From contig VRMN01000004.1 in the NCBI GenBank assembly GCA_008690995.1, forward strand, positions 558,001 to 622,000: a stretch of DNA of 64,000 nt, read 5' to 3'. Each line of letters opens with the position of its first letter. Position 1 is the first letter of the stretch. Origin of the DNA: Porphyridium purpureum (Eukaryota). The translations under genes and the position numbers were made by a program. Below, piece after piece: positions 12,901 through 24,080 of the stretch. Below the pieces are notes generated by a model. That model did no database searches. It was not told where the DNA came from and saw nothing but the letters and a program-made list of their open reading frames with translations.

Positions 12901-14953
12901 GAATAATGCTTCTTCTAGCACCCCGAAAAGTAGCAGCGCTTCAGTACAGAGGCAGGAAGAGAAGAAGAAAGAACCCACAGCAACGGCTGCGGTGGCGGCA
13001 CCGGTGGTGGTCGTGGATCGAAGCAGTGTTCCGAACGAGCGCCGAAAGTCGTTCCGGGAGCAGCATTTTGAGGAGACCAAGAAAGTTCTACCGGCCAAGC
13101 TACCGGCAAACGAGGCACGCCCCAAGCAGCGTAGTTATGTGCCTGGAATGGTGTACTTTCCGGGTGAAGATAGTGGATCTGAATCCTCGCTCGGTGGTAG
13201 TCCACAGGACAGTCCACGTGCCGCTTCGCTCACAGGCAGTCCGCGCGCCGCGGCCGGGGGCGTAGCTGTGTGCTCGCCGCGTCAGAAGCAGCCAGTCAAA
13301 GTTCCTGTGATCCGGCCTCCGCAACGGCCGCTAAATAGTAGTCACGTTGCGAAAAGTCCATCTGGAAGTGCTCTGTCTTCAACATCCAGTGCTGCAGCCA
13401 ATCCAAGCGAGGTAAAAAGTCCAAGGGCGAGGACAGGGTCACCCGCGGTTGTGCCTGTGACGCCGACGGCGGCGACACAGATCCAGAACAAACAATCGGC
13501 AGCACGAGTCATGTCAAGCCAGCAGAACGTGCGAACTGTGACCGGGAGTACTGGGAGCAGTGTGGGCACGCAACCGCCGCCGCGTCAGCAAGTGCCACAA
13601 ACAGGTAGGTTACCCATGGAGCAGCAGCGTGAAAGTTCGCGCGACGCCTTGTCGCCGAGAATGGCGCAGCAGCGCCGAATTTCTGAGAGCCGCAGTGCCT
13701 CTGCACTAAGCGATTCGATGCCAATGGCTGGGACGGCAAGTAGTTCGTCGGCAAAGGGCTCTTTATCATCCGGGACGAAGGTGTCGAATCCTGTTGTTCG
13801 GCAGCCACAGTCAGTGGGTGGCCATAAGCACAGCAGTAGCGCCAGTTTGTCCACCGGTACTCCGTCAGAGTATGCGAAACGCAATCAGCCGGCGGGGACA
13901 CCACCACCGCCGGCAGCCGCGGCCCCCGCAAAGCAGATGCTGTCAAAATCCAGCGGCAATATTAAGTCAAGTGCACGTGCAACGGACGCTGCAAGAAGCA
14001 AGAGTTCAGAGCGTGCAGGTCAAGCACCATCATCGAACAAGACGGTGCCCGGCGGGGCCGCAAACGCAGCATCCCGGGAAAAAGGCACGGAACGATCTGT
14101 GCAGCGCATGCCAGCACATGTTGCAGCCGGTACAGGAACAACCCTTGCCGGGAGTCCGAAGTCATCACAGGCGTCGGCAATAGCCGCAAGCCGTCAACAG
14201 AGCACGGAGCGGTCTTCGGATTCAAATTCAAGGGTGAATGCCGTTATCGCGGGGACTGCAGTGAAAAGTTCTAGCGCATCGTCCTCTGGCAGCAAGATAT
14301 CGAGCACGAGTGCGGGCACGGCTTCGGCAAGACAGCAACCGCAGGTTTCTCAGCAGCAAGCAGCAAAACAGCCCCCGAGCTCAGCAAAGATTGCCAGCAT
14401 TAATGCGAAGTCTGTGACTCCCACACGAGCTTTGCCAGTGAAGCCTGCCGGTGCGCCGCCGCCGCCGTCGAGACCGGGCGGATTGTCGTCAAGTGTGAGA
14501 CAAACACAGGCGTCAACAGTGCCTGCCAAGCCTGCAGGCGTGGCTGCTGTTCGAAACCCTGCGCAACAACCGGGGACCTCACCTGCAAGGCAGCCGAACA
14601 CGACGAATCCGGCAGCCAAGAATCCGACACCAAGCGCTCCCGCTGCGGCCAAGCAGTCGACAATCGCGCAGCCAAAAGCACCCGCCAAAGTCGGATCGCC
14701 CGCGCCTCCTGTGATCACTCAGACCGGTGTCAAGCAGCCCGTGGCCAGGGAACCATCAGCGCCGCTGCAACCCACAAAGCGACAGCAAACAGCAGGACAG
14801 CCGGCAGTCAAGCAACCGACACGACCAACTGCAGGTCCGGGCATCTCATCAAAGCCCAAGCAGAGTCCAAACCCAACCCAAACGCAAAACCAAAATCAGG
14901 ACGCAGCGAAGCCGAAAGTGCATGTAGGCGTGGTGTCGTTCCCAGGTGAGTGA
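9989..14953 (+). CDS. HEAT-repeat protein, PP2A-A / PP4 regulatory subunit (PP4R4/PP4R1)-like, with ~870-aa disordered Ser/Pro/Ala/Gln tail
   Basis: 1654 aa. HEAT-like units (LLSDPQPRVVCAALEAI, DKDVAVRTTFAAGFHE, DSHSSVRLLLAR, DADPDVRDKA) and VRRYCAYNFPGM, which resembles PP4R4/R1. Confidence 0.75.
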   Translation: MMVPGISDGEMDVAAAGEDPSAARLMANAGFAADNGEDDAEGLGEEIAYSVQGMADILEFGTDLEREFVLREVHRLIDYCHEPVVEYVLPVIFDFADSWNVNLQFEAGFVMANLSKKKLDVNPAWMVICLALKELQVVETRVNPDDVADFCDLWTDSLCAALSQFHAWEENAQLNNSFTATTQLTPELQTLLEWLSALAESEILDYRRCSAKLLGGIAAEAPAGFRQRTLLGVLTKLLSDPQPRVVCAALEAIPVVTRHMSPTTFEDFIWSPLNVALNSSDLLVAGSALKALSDMCSMHREAAMSQEEWRANLSVNSPSSFSASVGHGSHKGSGRLRLSGGLSPSVVTPSQSLDLSNVSNGSAMSTSGAKMYQPNERLTKIYVPGAFQKHYIWARSKTLTDLREADDSTYALLQIVAEVFGELMYCVTDVASTSYRRHAFKAYADLSTCNGADVRRYCAYNFPGMCICFGVKYSSELSQLAELFAKDKDVAVRTTFAAGFHESVQVLGALGKAEKLQPTLMLLLDDVDENVQKEIIVHLAEVLPVIWSLVSSAQAAKHNAALAEGLASCAETSQWRTQILLISQLELASRSAPQALIQESIIPLLRQKMKSSSIHEVRLTAAAALVKVIHFVADAQQRRLLIEKYWTLEPGAKYTHRMLYVHAGSVALDVYSCKSYKALFGTRMLVCVSDSHSSVRLLLARSMEKMAFWFHTDPMFQSTLRELQADADPDVRDKARRIHLLTVSQAQSSTISSKMHALETKKLMEEDRLWGGSSLGGVGSSGTIGSGSVSGADGAAISRVSRFKAWVTRKGKATGGKEKNQLEKSVETPPRDSSPRIVKPKSRRGSRGGSAPTTPRSSLEGAIRTNSMQGLFDRSDTQNSSRSNKSGDMDDDDLDDDSVPVVEIRPPQYFARPSSPSPPSAATSTSNSVINSSKSSSSTINATAKNESSSAPVVKVASGGEPQEAAEKKDANNASSSTPKSSSASVQRQEEKKKEPTATAAVAAPVVVVDRSSVPNERRKSFREQHFEETKKVLPAKLPANEARPKQRSYVPGMVYFPGEDSGSESSLGGSPQDSPRAASLTGSPRAAAGGVAVCSPRQKQPVKVPVIRPPQRPLNSSHVAKSPSGSALSSTSSAAANPSEVKSPRARTGSPAVVPVTPTAATQIQNKQSAARVMSSQQNVRTVTGSTGSSVGTQPPPRQQVPQTGRLPMEQQRESSRDALSPRMAQQRRISESRSASALSDSMPMAGTASSSSAKGSLSSGTKVSNPVVRQPQSVGGHKHSSSASLSTGTPSEYAKRNQPAGTPPPPAAAAPAKQMLSKSSGNIKSSARATDAARSKSSERAGQAPSSNKTVPGGAANAASREKGTERSVQRMPAHVAAGTGTTLAGSPKSSQASAIAASRQQSTERSSDSNSRVNAVIAGTAVKSSSASSSGSKISSTSAGTASARQQPQVSQQQAAKQPPSSAKIASINAKSVTPTRALPVKPAGAPPPPSRPGGLSSSVRQTQASTVPAKPAGVAAVRNPAQQPGTSPARQPNTTNPAAKNPTPSAPAAAKQSTIAQPKAPAKVGSPAPPVITQTGVKQPVAREPSAPLQPTKRQQTAGQPAVKQPTRPTAGPGISSKPKQSPNPTQTQNQNQDAAKPKVHVGVVSFPGE

Positions 14954-16211
14954 GTTGTATTGTAGAATATTGACGCCTTCATGCTTTATACGTCCGGTGA
15001 AGCTGAGCGATTAGCACGTGTGCGATGCGCGCGAGGTCACGGTTCGGGATACGTGAATTTTCCTGTAGGGAGGGGAAGCAACACCCAACGTGTTGAAGTG
15101 TCAGCCGTACAATGTCAATAGAAGGTCAGTTACGTGTTACATATTACGATTTTGTCCCGCACGTACAGCCTACGTCCCTCAGGGTTATACGCAGCAGCTG
15201 CGCCGAGGGTTTATCCTTTGCATTTCTTCCTCATTCTGCACAACACGCTATATATCCAAAGACTGACTCTTCGCGTTCGGCGCCGGATGTGCACAGCCAT
15301 TGAAACACCTCAAATCGGAGCCACACAGCTGCAAGAAGTCGAGCGGTTCGCGTTTGGTGACGTGACACTCCTCTTGATATTCATACTGGCTGCCGCACGC
15401 GCCCGTGCATTCGGCCTGAGGAACAGTGAGAAAGCGAAGAACAAGTGCGAAGCTGCCTCTACTGCCGGCCAATGCTTGGTTCATGCTCGTAGCCGGCTCA
15501 CCAAGAGCAGCTATGCGCTTCTCTTTCTGTCGATGCTCAGTGTCAAGGCGGGCATGCTGCGACACGCAATAATCAAGCCAGAACATGAAAAAGAAATCCA
15601 CGCATTTTGTGCCATGCTGTGCGCGTGGTGCATGGACGTCGAGCTGACTTGATCCACGCGAGCCAGACTACCAGGTTGCACGAGTCAGATCAAACTGGTT
15701 GCCATGGTCATACAACACCTGCACAGCCGGGCTTGCATCCCTGTCAAACTCATTGCACAACGCCCCACTCTCGCTCTCGAGGTGAGGTCTGCCGTTGCAC
15801 CGCATGCGAAGGAATCCTGAACCGAAACGCCATCGGCGCGCAGATCTCTCTTTCCGGGCGGAAGTTCAAAGCACTAGGTGTCTGCGTGTCCAGCTGTCCG
15901 TCCTCCGCCAGCCATGTTTCACGCGATGGTTGAAAGTATAGACTCCGTCCTCGTCGCGGACGCCGCCACGGATTCAAACCAGGATAGATGCGACACGGTA
16001 GACCACATCGCATGTGCTGCTGCCGTCGCTTCCACCTTTTCCTCTTTGCTCGCGCGTTGCACAGCTCAAGTTGAACTGCACACAAACCCCGAGCGAGCTC
16101 GCAGACGAGTCGCTTGGTCGTGACCTGTCGTGGACAGGTGATGTGGCGTCCAGCGATGCGAGTGGAGAGGAACGAGGAAAGATTGTTTGCCGGGAATGTG
16201 GATGGGAAAGG

Positions 16212-18551
16212 ATGGCCAGTAGGAAGAAGAGCAGAGCTGCGCATTGGCAGCAGGTGGCTGCGGCACAGGGTGGCGCGGGGGATGAGGGCGTGCGAGCAGG
16301 AGGTGGGGGCGCTCGAGGAGCTTCACGTGACGACGCGTCGCACTGCTTGATTTGTACCAACGAGTCTGATGAGTGGGCGATTGGCAGGTGTAATCATCCG
16401 GTGTGCGCCGAGTGTGTGTTCAGAATGCACGTCCTGTACAATGATACGGCGTGCGTGTTGTGCAAGGCAGCGCTGAGCGATGTAATTGTCATCGGGAACA
16501 CGCCGAATATTGAGCATCTTGACCATTCCCAGCTCATGACTGACTCTCATCTGCAGCAAATGGTGCATGACGAACCGACAAAAATTCGTTTTCAGAACAT
16601 GACCATTGCAAGGAAGTATCAACGGCTACGTGAGCTCAACTGCCCCATTTGTTTTCATGGTTCGACTTCCGGCGGACCTGACTCTACATCCACAGCGGTC
16701 GCACGCTCCCCGCACGCACTGCACGAGCATGTGCGACAAGTCCACTCGCGAGCATTTTGTGAGGTTTGCTTTGATAGCCGGAAGGCTTTTCCTTGCGAGC
16801 AGCTTGTATTTGTGGACGACCGGAGAAATAAGGGCCAGGGAAATGGCTCTACAACGGCGCCTTCGCCTGCGTTGTCGCTCAAACGTCACATCAAAGCGAC
16901 GCATCCAACCTGTCACTTTTGTCGGAAGAATTTTCATGACGACGATGCGCTCTATATGCATCTGCAGCAGGCACACTTTTCATGTTTTATTTGCGAGCGA
17001 CAAGGTATTATGTACAAGTATTACGCACGGTACGAAGCTCTTGCGGCACACTATCGCAAGGAACACTTCATGTGCGAGAGTGAAGAGTGTGTAGGTGTGG
17101 TATTTGAGAACAAGCTTGAGCTGGAGATTCACAACCAAACCACACACCGCGCTGAAGTTAGTCGTGGAGGTGGCGGTCGTCGCACAGGCGTACGCCTCAA
17201 TCTTGCCGACATCAATCGCGCACTTGTGCCTGGACCTGGTACCCATGACCCTCGGGCTTCCGAAGAAATCCGCGCGCAGCGACAGCGCCGCTTCCAGGCG
17301 CGCGATGTTATCTACGCTGACGGCACTGGCGGAGGTCGTGCGCAAAATGGTGCACAACGGCGCCGTGAAACTGAGAGAAACCATCAGACTCAGCGCCCAT
17401 CACACAGTGGTTTACAGCAGCAGCATGCGCAGCAGGGCCAGCAGGCACTCAGTGCGCTTGCGGCTCGCACGAGTGCTCGTACGCTCGAGCCGATGGCGGG
17501 CTTTCACCGGCGGCCGCTACCCGAGTCTACACAAGAGCACGCTGAGCGCAGGCGCGCCTGGGAGAGCATCTTGCGTGTGCAAGGCGATCCCATCAGCGTC
17601 GAGCGCTTTCACGACGCTGTGCGCCGCTTTGAGAGCAGCGAAATCAGCAGTGAGGTTTTCTTTCAGGCCGTCCGGGTTTGTTTTGAACCGAATTGGCTCT
17701 CTCCGATTCTGGCCGAGTTTGCTGCATTGTGTTCGCATGACGATATGCGCACCAGGCTCGAGCTTGTCTGCTATCGCGAACTAGGCCGCGCCGCTATCGA
17801 TGAGGTGTCTTCATCACCTGCAGGCCTCGGAGACACGTTGCCTGCGGTGCACAATGACGACGCGCTCGAGTTTCCTGCACTAGGCAGTAATCAGCCGCCT
17901 GTTCCTGATGGTGCACGCGAGCAACTGCCAGTTCGTGAAAGCGTTGTCGTGGAAACTGCGGAACGAAGAGAATGGGCGGGTCGGGCACGAAACGTAAGGG
18001 AGCTCGATGAGGATCAATTTCCCTCGCTCGTGGGTGACCCTGATCCGAATGAGCGCGTGGGACCTGTTTGGGGCAAGGGCAAGAAAGAAAAGCAGCGAGG
18101 ACGTGGGAAAGCGCCAGCGCCAGCGCCAGACCTCGCACGCTTGTCCATTTCTTCACCTGATGCGTTTCCGTCCTTAAACGGAAATGCTGGCTCGAGTGCC
18201 TCTGGTGCTTCTGGCTCTAGCTCGCCTGCCTTACGGGGAACCGAGGCTCAGGGAGTTCAGACTGCACTGCCCTCATCATCAGGAAGTAGAGCCGGGGCAA
18301 CAGCCGTGGTCGTGGATTCGAACAGATTTCCCGCGCTCGGTGAGGGCGCGAGCGGTGGAAGTGGGAGTAGTGCCAGCAGGCCGGCTGGGCTGGAGCTTCC
18401 TCCGCCGCGCTCACGTGTCGCGTTGGACCTTGGCGCCGAGCAGGCCCGCAGACGCCAAAACGCTGTTCCTCGTATTGGCTCATCCGGGCTGCCGTGGGAG
18501 AAAAAGAAGGTTGAGCAGATGCGAAAACAAGCAAAGGCAGAATTGCAATAG
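16212..18551 (+). CDS. ZNF598: E3 ubiquitin ligase ZNF598/Hel2-like (ribosome quality control)
   Basis: N-terminal RING CLIC...CNHPVCAEC...CVLC, several C2H2 fingers (HPTCHFCRKNFHDDDALYMHLQQAHFSCFIC) and repeated FPAL/FPSL motifs in the tail. First ATG is 16212; the ORF track extends to GTG 16014. Confidence 0.88.
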   Translation: MASRKKSRAAHWQQVAAAQGGAGDEGVRAGGGGARGASRDDASHCLICTNESDEWAIGRCNHPVCAECVFRMHVLYNDTACVLCKAALSDVIVIGNTPNIEHLDHSQLMTDSHLQQMVHDEPTKIRFQNMTIARKYQRLRELNCPICFHGSTSGGPDSTSTAVARSPHALHEHVRQVHSRAFCEVCFDSRKAFPCEQLVFVDDRRNKGQGNGSTTAPSPALSLKRHIKATHPTCHFCRKNFHDDDALYMHLQQAHFSCFICERQGIMYKYYARYEALAAHYRKEHFMCESEECVGVVFENKLELEIHNQTTHRAEVSRGGGGRRTGVRLNLADINRALVPGPGTHDPRASEEIRAQRQRRFQARDVIYADGTGGGRAQNGAQRRRETERNHQTQRPSHSGLQQQHAQQGQQALSALAARTSARTLEPMAGFHRRPLPESTQEHAERRRAWESILRVQGDPISVERFHDAVRRFESSEISSEVFFQAVRVCFEPNWLSPILAEFAALCSHDDMRTRLELVCYRELGRAAIDEVSSSPAGLGDTLPAVHNDDALEFPALGSNQPPVPDGAREQLPVRESVVVETAERREWAGRARNVRELDEDQFPSLVGDPDPNERVGPVWGKGKKEKQRGRGKAPAPAPDLARLSISSPDAFPSLNGNAGSSASGASGSSSPALRGTEAQGVQTALPSSSGSRAGATAVVVDSNRFPALGEGASGGSGSSASRPAGLELPPPRSRVALDLGAEQARRRQNAVPRIGSSGLPWEKKKVEQMRKQAKAELQ

Positions 18552-19676
18552 TACAAGGGTTTTTTTTGCATTCGTTTACAGAAAATCTGCCTCGTTGAAC
18601 GCTGCGACTTTGCGCAGCGCTGCAACGCGCGCGATTCTGGCGAGAACCCGCAAAAGCCGGACTTGCATCCTTGCGCGCTTTCAACCCTGCGCGGTGGGTA
18701 CACCCAGCTGCGCATGGACAACCCGGACATCGCTCACGGCTGAGTGGCTGCTGACACGGCGACGCTTATGCGATGATTGTCGATTTCGTAGCCGGTTTTA
18801 TTGACGTCCTCTTGCGAGCACGCGAATGCTGTATGGCTGGCGTGAATAAGATCTGCTGCTGCCCAGCAAGTGACTCATTATGCAGCTCCAACCACGAACG
18901 AAAGCAACCGAAGAGCAACAGGCAAACTTTGGGCACTGCACGCACTACCGTGCACTGAAAAACGTTTTGCTAGAGGGTACATTGAAGGCGTTTAATAGAG
19001 GAAATCAAGCATTCCATTCCTTTAGAAGACACTGTTCACGATCGTAGATGCGCCGTTTGTCAGAGAAAGTTTCAATGGCACTGGATGATGCACAGATATG
19101 CCAAGGTAACTTGGCCCATACCCTGGCGTGCAAGCAGAGGGTCAACATGCACTGACTCTCCTTCATTGACGCCGAGGCGCAATCCCGTGCAGTGAGATCA
19201 GCCCCCTATCTCCATCATTCACGTGCGAACTCTTTGTGTCAGGTAGCTCGATCATTTTCCCGTGCTATGTGTCTGATACCTGTTGACAAGTAAATATGAT
19301 TGCAGCCCCCCGCATCGAGATGTTGACAAGGCGTTTTGGAGTGTTCGCTCACAGTCGACGACGAGGCAACGACACTCAGTATTAAACACATGTGCTGGCA
19401 TTCGAATAGGCCTTGCCCTTGCTGGATGATTTCGGCTGCTTTTGCTCATGACCTGGCAACATTTTGTCGCGTCCTGTAATGGCCGCACCAAAGGTCGTCC
19501 GGGAAGTATCAAAAACATGGTCGTCTGGCAAAGGTTCTTCATATCATTGTGTTTACTGCCCGTTCGCACCAATCAAGGATACAAGTGTTGGTCGGCTCCG
19601 GCTTCTTTCTTGCTCCGACTTTCTCTACCGTTTCCAATTCAAAGTCCGATTCATCTCATTGGGTTGTTCTTGCTTA

Positions 19677-22415
19677 TTAGTGCTCGCTGTCGGAGCGTGA
19701 CGCAAACTCGTCCTCACTGCTGCTACTTTCAGAGGTCGCGCCGCTGTCACTCGCGCTACCGTTTGTTCCGCACGTGGGCGGCTGAGCAGGAGGCGATGAA
19801 CATGTGCAAGGACAGCATGGACCATTCTCACCGTCAGTTTCCGAGTCGCTGCTTGAGTCTGCACTATTCTCGTCTCCAGTACTGTCCGAGGTACTTTCGC
19901 TGGACCCGGCAGAGAGCATGCTTCTTCGCGCGCTACGAGTCAATGGCTTGCGGGTTCCCACCTTCTTTCTTCCATTCCCAGTTTGTGCTCCACTTTCGCT
20001 GCTCTCGCTATCTCTGTCAGTCTTACTTCCAGTGCTACTGCCGTCTCTGCCAGTCGCAGCAGAGTCACTGTCGCTATCTGACCCATCTGAGCAACTGGTA
20101 CTATCCCGATCAGTACATGGAATGTGTGTAGGCTTTGAAGGCGCGGCGCAGACTGCTCCAACATCGTGCGAAGAACAGCAGGACTTTGGTACTGGCGTCG
20201 GCACTGGCGTTGGACTTGGCGTCGGCACTGGCGTTGGACTTGGCGTCGGCACTGGCGTTGGACTTGGCGTCGGCACTGGCGTTGGACTTGGCGTCGGCAC
20301 TGGCGTTGGACTTGGCGTCGGCACTGGCGTCGGCGCAACATTATCGTTAAAGCCAGAGCATGAAAATGCGAACAGAAATGGGATAGGTTGCCCAAGGAGA
20401 TCAACCCCTGTTGGGTTTACCCAGTACTCGGCAATGCAAACGCTCACGTTCGCTGTTGCCGTGCGACCAAACGAGTCGGTCGCTGTAATTACCGCCGTGT
20501 ACAAGGTCGTACCAAGGCTCAACTTGTACCTTTGATTCTGGTTGTTCGTGTATGTGCGCGCTTTGGATGAAAAACGGTACGTCACAATGTCTGATCCGGC
20601 GCTCTCGCGAACGAACGGTGCCGAATAGGATGCAAGGTACGTCTCATTCTGGGGCTTGAGCGTCGATGGCGCCTTGCTTGTGAAGTCATACGAAATGTCT
20701 ACTTTCACCAAGTCACAGCCTGTAGCGCTCCATGTGTAGTCTACTGAAGCGCCACCGGTCGCATCCAATTGCTTATTTGGAGGCTGCACGGCGATGGTCA
20801 CGGTTGGAAGTACCTCTCCAATGCCAAAGATCTTGTACTTGCACGACCCAAACGACGTGTTTGCCCGGAATGGTGATTCGAAAACTTGAAAGACCGTCTG
20901 CTCCACCGGGTCGGTCGCAGTGCTAGCCAGACGCATCTTTTGGTCGGGCCCACCGCATTCATTCTGAAAGATTGGCTCGAGCGCGGCCGGGCACTGACCG
21001 TCCTTGAGTTGCAACTGGACAACGCCATCGACCTCGCCCAAATAATTGTAAATGGTTGGGTCAAACGTACACGTCTTTTGACTCGGCGTGAAGCTACAGC
21101 GCGTGACCGAGCCTGCCGCTAAGTACAGCGCTGAAGAAAATACAGACGTACCTTCACCGCAGTCGCACACACCCACAGTAAACTGATACACTGTGTTACG
21201 GCGAACAGCTTGTGGGAACGGAGCCGCCAAAAACTTGGACCATCCGAAGCTCTCAATCATAGCATTTGGGCGCGTCAGCTGGCTGCGATAAAAGTCAGGA
21301 TTTGTCTGCAAATTCACATTGCCCACTGACACAGCTCCTTTACCGTCCGGCAGCTGCGCGCGATTGCCGGCGATCGTCTCCGTCACCGGATCCCACAGGG
21401 GCACGTAAGGATAATTAGAATTCTCTTTCGGCAAGCCGAGTTGTACCACACTTATTGCTGCCACATCACTGAACAGAGTGTCCTGGCCGTTGCGACCGTC
21501 GTAAGTAGCGTATTCAGAGGATGCAAACCCAAACTCAAAGTTGAGATCATCTAGCGTCATTCGATCAGCGGCCGGATTGGCATAGTCGCAGACACCGTCC
21601 ACGTTTGGGCACAGATAAAATTGGATGACCGCACACGAGCTAGTGTTCAGCAGCTTCGGGTAAGCGTAATCGCGACCGCACCGCGCGAGAAATGGCGGTG
21701 GGTCACCATTTTGTGCAAACATCGCATCATTTGCTCCGCCGCTCTTATCGCCGTAAACATTATTGCACATTTGTTTGGCGTGCACTCCCTCTGCGGCACC
21801 ACCTGTGCTAAATACAATCATCTTCTCCGATTTGCTAGCGTACTCGTGGCTCTCCAGCGACACCAGCCCAAACCCAATATGGGAGGCCCACTGTGAGCCC
21901 GAGAATCGTATCTCGTGCAAGCTGTCCTCCACGACCAACCACTCGTCCACATCAATGAGTGCGTCAACCACCGTGCGTGCAGAGGTCGGGTAGATCGGGC
22001 TCGGTGTCGAGAAATCGGTTGGACCCGAGCCATACTGTCCGGGGCAGATCTTGGAAGGATTCGCATCCGTAAAGGATGACCACATGCAGTTCCCTTTGGC
22101 GTATTCCTGGCGATCGGCCATGCATTTAAGCTCAAACACGCTATCTGCGGGGGTGATCCCCTTGGATGCTTTTGCCTGTACCAGTGTTTGGTAAAATGCG
22201 TCGCCGGGCTTTGGCCACGCACTGTCCAGGGCACATCCTTTGATACCTACGTTCAGATCCGTCGTATAGCAAATGTTCTCAACTACGACCAGCCGGTCCA
22301 ATTCAGCCTGGCCGAGAGGAGATGCGTGGGTCACGGCCACGACTAGAAACATGACGCTCACCAAAAAGAATTTTGCAGGCGCGACCACGGAGCCGCGCTG
22401 ATCACTTGCTCTCAT
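19677..22415 (-). CDS. Secreted/surface glycoprotein: signal peptide, choice-of-anchor-L-like domain, HYR/Ig-like segment, Pro-Thr linker, Ser/Asp-rich tail
   Basis: 912 aa. Hydrophobic N-terminus [16 protein letters not shown], many Cys, motifs [49 protein letters not shown]...[17 protein letters not shown], and (PTPVPTPS)n. Confidence 0.75.
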   Translation of the reverse strand: MRASDQRGSVVAPAKFFLVSVMFLVVAVTHASPLGQAELDRLVVVENICYTTDLNVGIKGCALDSAWPKPGDAFYQTLVQAKASKGITPADSVFELKCMADRQEYAKGNCMWSSFTDANPSKICPGQYGSGPTDFSTPSPIYPTSARTVVDALIDVDEWLVVEDSLHEIRFSGSQWASHIGFGLVSLESHEYASKSEKMIVFSTGGAAEGVHAKQMCNNVYGDKSGGANDAMFAQNGDPPPFLARCGRDYAYPKLLNTSSCAVIQFYLCPNVDGVCDYANPAADRMTLDDLNFEFGFASSEYATYDGRNGQDTLFSDVAAISVVQLGLPKENSNYPYVPLWDPVTETIAGNRAQLPDGKGAVSVGNVNLQTNPDFYRSQLTRPNAMIESFGWSKFLAAPFPQAVRRNTVYQFTVGVCDCGEGTSVFSSALYLAAGSVTRCSFTPSQKTCTFDPTIYNYLGEVDGVVQLQLKDGQCPAALEPIFQNECGGPDQKMRLASTATDPVEQTVFQVFESPFRANTSFGSCKYKIFGIGEVLPTVTIAVQPPNKQLDATGGASVDYTWSATGCDLVKVDISYDFTSKAPSTLKPQNETYLASYSAPFVRESAGSDIVTYRFSSKARTYTNNQNQRYKLSLGTTLYTAVITATDSFGRTATANVSVCIAEYWVNPTGVDLLGQPIPFLFAFSCSGFNDNVAPTPVPTPSPTPVPTPSPTPVPTPSPTPVPTPSPTPVPTPSPTPVPTPVPKSCCSSHDVGAVCAAPSKPTHIPCTDRDSTSCSDGSDSDSDSAATGRDGSSTGSKTDRDSESSESGAQTGNGRKKVGTRKPLTRSARRSMLSAGSSESTSDSTGDENSADSSSDSETDGENGPCCPCTCSSPPAQPPTCGTNGSASDSGATSESSSSEDEFASRSDSEH
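20188..20334 (-). repeat. Coding 24-bp tandem repeat (PTPVPTPS x5 plus partial)
   Basis: Perfect copies of GGCACTGGCGTTGGACTTGGCGTC on the + strand. Confidence 0.97.
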
Positions 22416-23616
22416 TTTCGAATCTCTTTGTTCCTCTAGCTTGTTGACACGAGTCCCCTCCTAGATCGGGGCCCCTCTAGGGATGACCGGGGCGTGCTGA
22501 AAGGCACCACGGCAAGCTCGTTCAACACTGCTCTTGTCTGCTCTACCTCCTGCCTTTGCCTTCTTCCTGAAGAGTTGACGCACCTTCTGCCGATCACGAT
22601 GAGCCGAACGGCCTTATGTAGACGCATGCCGTAACCTCGCAGCGCGCCGCATCGCGCGGTGCGCAGCCACGGATGAAAGGTACTTCATCATCGTCACGTC
22701 ATCCAAACTGCGTCCCAACGACAAGCCCCCAACCGCGAAAGCCGCTCCTTTGGAAGGTATCGCCGTGCTTTGCCAGGCGGTCACGGCTCGTGGTGCATAG
22801 TTGTCTCCACTTTCAGTCGGCAAAGGCACACGCACCCTGCCTGTTAGGCGGTACGTGGCCGATCACCCAACGAGCTTACATGCAAAGGCACAAGGCGTCC
22901 ATGACGGCGGCTTCACGCAACCGACCGGCCATCCTCTACGTCATCATGAACGCGAGCCAACGCCGAGAAAACCCACGTGATCCGCCTTCATAATCGTTGC
23001 TCGAAAAGCGAGCCTCCGTGTAAATTGAAGAGGGTGCGCTGATTCTGGAACAGCCTTGCTCCGAAAAAAGGGTGAACCGTGATAATCGGTTGGCGGTGGG
23101 GTTGGAAAGAGCAGAAGGATAATTTATTTTACATTTAGAGTTGACACAAGGAGCATGTCACGGCATGCTTTGTTGGCGCCGGTTGACAGGAGATTTGTGG
23201 CAAGCAATAGATCGGAGCTAGTGCGGGGCAAGCATTCTATCGCTGACACCCACGATTCGAAGGAAGCGGAGTAGTGCGCATCCAGCGCAGGTAGTAAAGC
23301 GCTCCAGTTGGCCCCCATGGAAAGGAATGTGGGACACTAGGATAGGCAGAACGGACGCTTGCGTGGCTTTCAGAGGTCGGGCTACAGCGCGAGAGCAATT
23401 GCGTGCCCTGAGAATATTGTTTTCGGATACGTAAAGCCTTAAAATGTGTTGGTTCAAGAAAACGCAAAGTCGATGCTTCAAAGCTCACGAACGCAGGCAA
23501 AAGGATGCTTTATTACATCTCTTGGATAAAATTCGGGCTGAGAATACACATCGTCAAGTTCATGCCGCTCTGCATGTTCGCGGCACAAAAGCAGTCCACA
23601 GCTTGTTTGAAATCAC

Positions 23617-23895
23617 TGTTATCCGCCGACCCCGCGGATACCTAGTCTTGCGGGATCCTTGCTGTGGCCTTGCTGTGGCCTTGCTGTGGCCTTGCTGGAA
23701 CCTTGCTGGAACCTTGCTGGTGCACTGTCATTTTTCTCACAGTGCTACCCGGCGAGCTGGAGAACACGGGGCGGCAGTCTATAAAGGCGTGGAGACCCGC
23801 GAGCAGGCTCGGGGACAGAAAGGAAGAAGAGAGAGAGGTAGCGAAGGGGAGAGAAGAAGGAGAGGGAAAGTAAAAGGAAAAGGAGGTTCATAACA
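23617..23895 (+). repeat. Element A 5' LTR (279 bp; 6 copies of 11-bp CCTTGCTGTGG/CCTTGCTGGAA unit)
   Basis: Direct repeat of 28842-29201; TG..CA termini; TATAAA followed by a GA-rich tract. Confidence 0.96.
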
Positions 23896-23897
23896 TC

Positions 23898-23914
23898 TGG
23901 TATCATCGCTGGTT
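23898..23914 (+). promoter_or_regulatory. Primer-binding site of element A (initiator-Met-tRNA type)
   Basis: TGGTATCATCGCTGGTT begins 2 nt after the LTR; identical at D 41037-41053, and the first 12 nt match B at 30791. Confidence 0.85.
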
Positions 23915-23940
23915 GGACGTGGGGTGTGGGCCTGAGTGGC

Positions 23941-24080
23941 CCCATTGCCTGTGTGGCTTGTTGATTGCCTGTGTGGCTTGCTGGTTGCCTGTGTGGCTTG
24001 CTGATTGCCTGTGTGGCTTGTTGATTGCCTGTGTGGCTTGCTGATTGCCTGTGCGGCTTGTTGATTGCCTGCGTGGCATA
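23941..24080 (+). repeat. 20-bp tandem repeat (~7 copies) in the element A leader
   Basis: Units of (T/C)TGATTGCCTGTGTGGCTTG with minor variants. Confidence 0.93.

Noticed and set aside
15112..15933. ORFs of 100-170 aa between the HEAT and ZNF598 genes
   Set aside because: No recognisable domain or consistent start; a small spliced gene cannot be excluded.
20188..20334. 24-bp repeats as a CRISPR array
   Set aside because: Head-to-tail with no spacers, in frame in a Pro-Thr linker, eukaryotic context, no cas genes.
23941..24080. 20-bp leader repeats as CRISPR or as coding ORFs 23745-24260 / 23903-24295
   Set aside because: No unique spacers; the ORFs are by-products of stop-free repeats in a retrotransposon leader.
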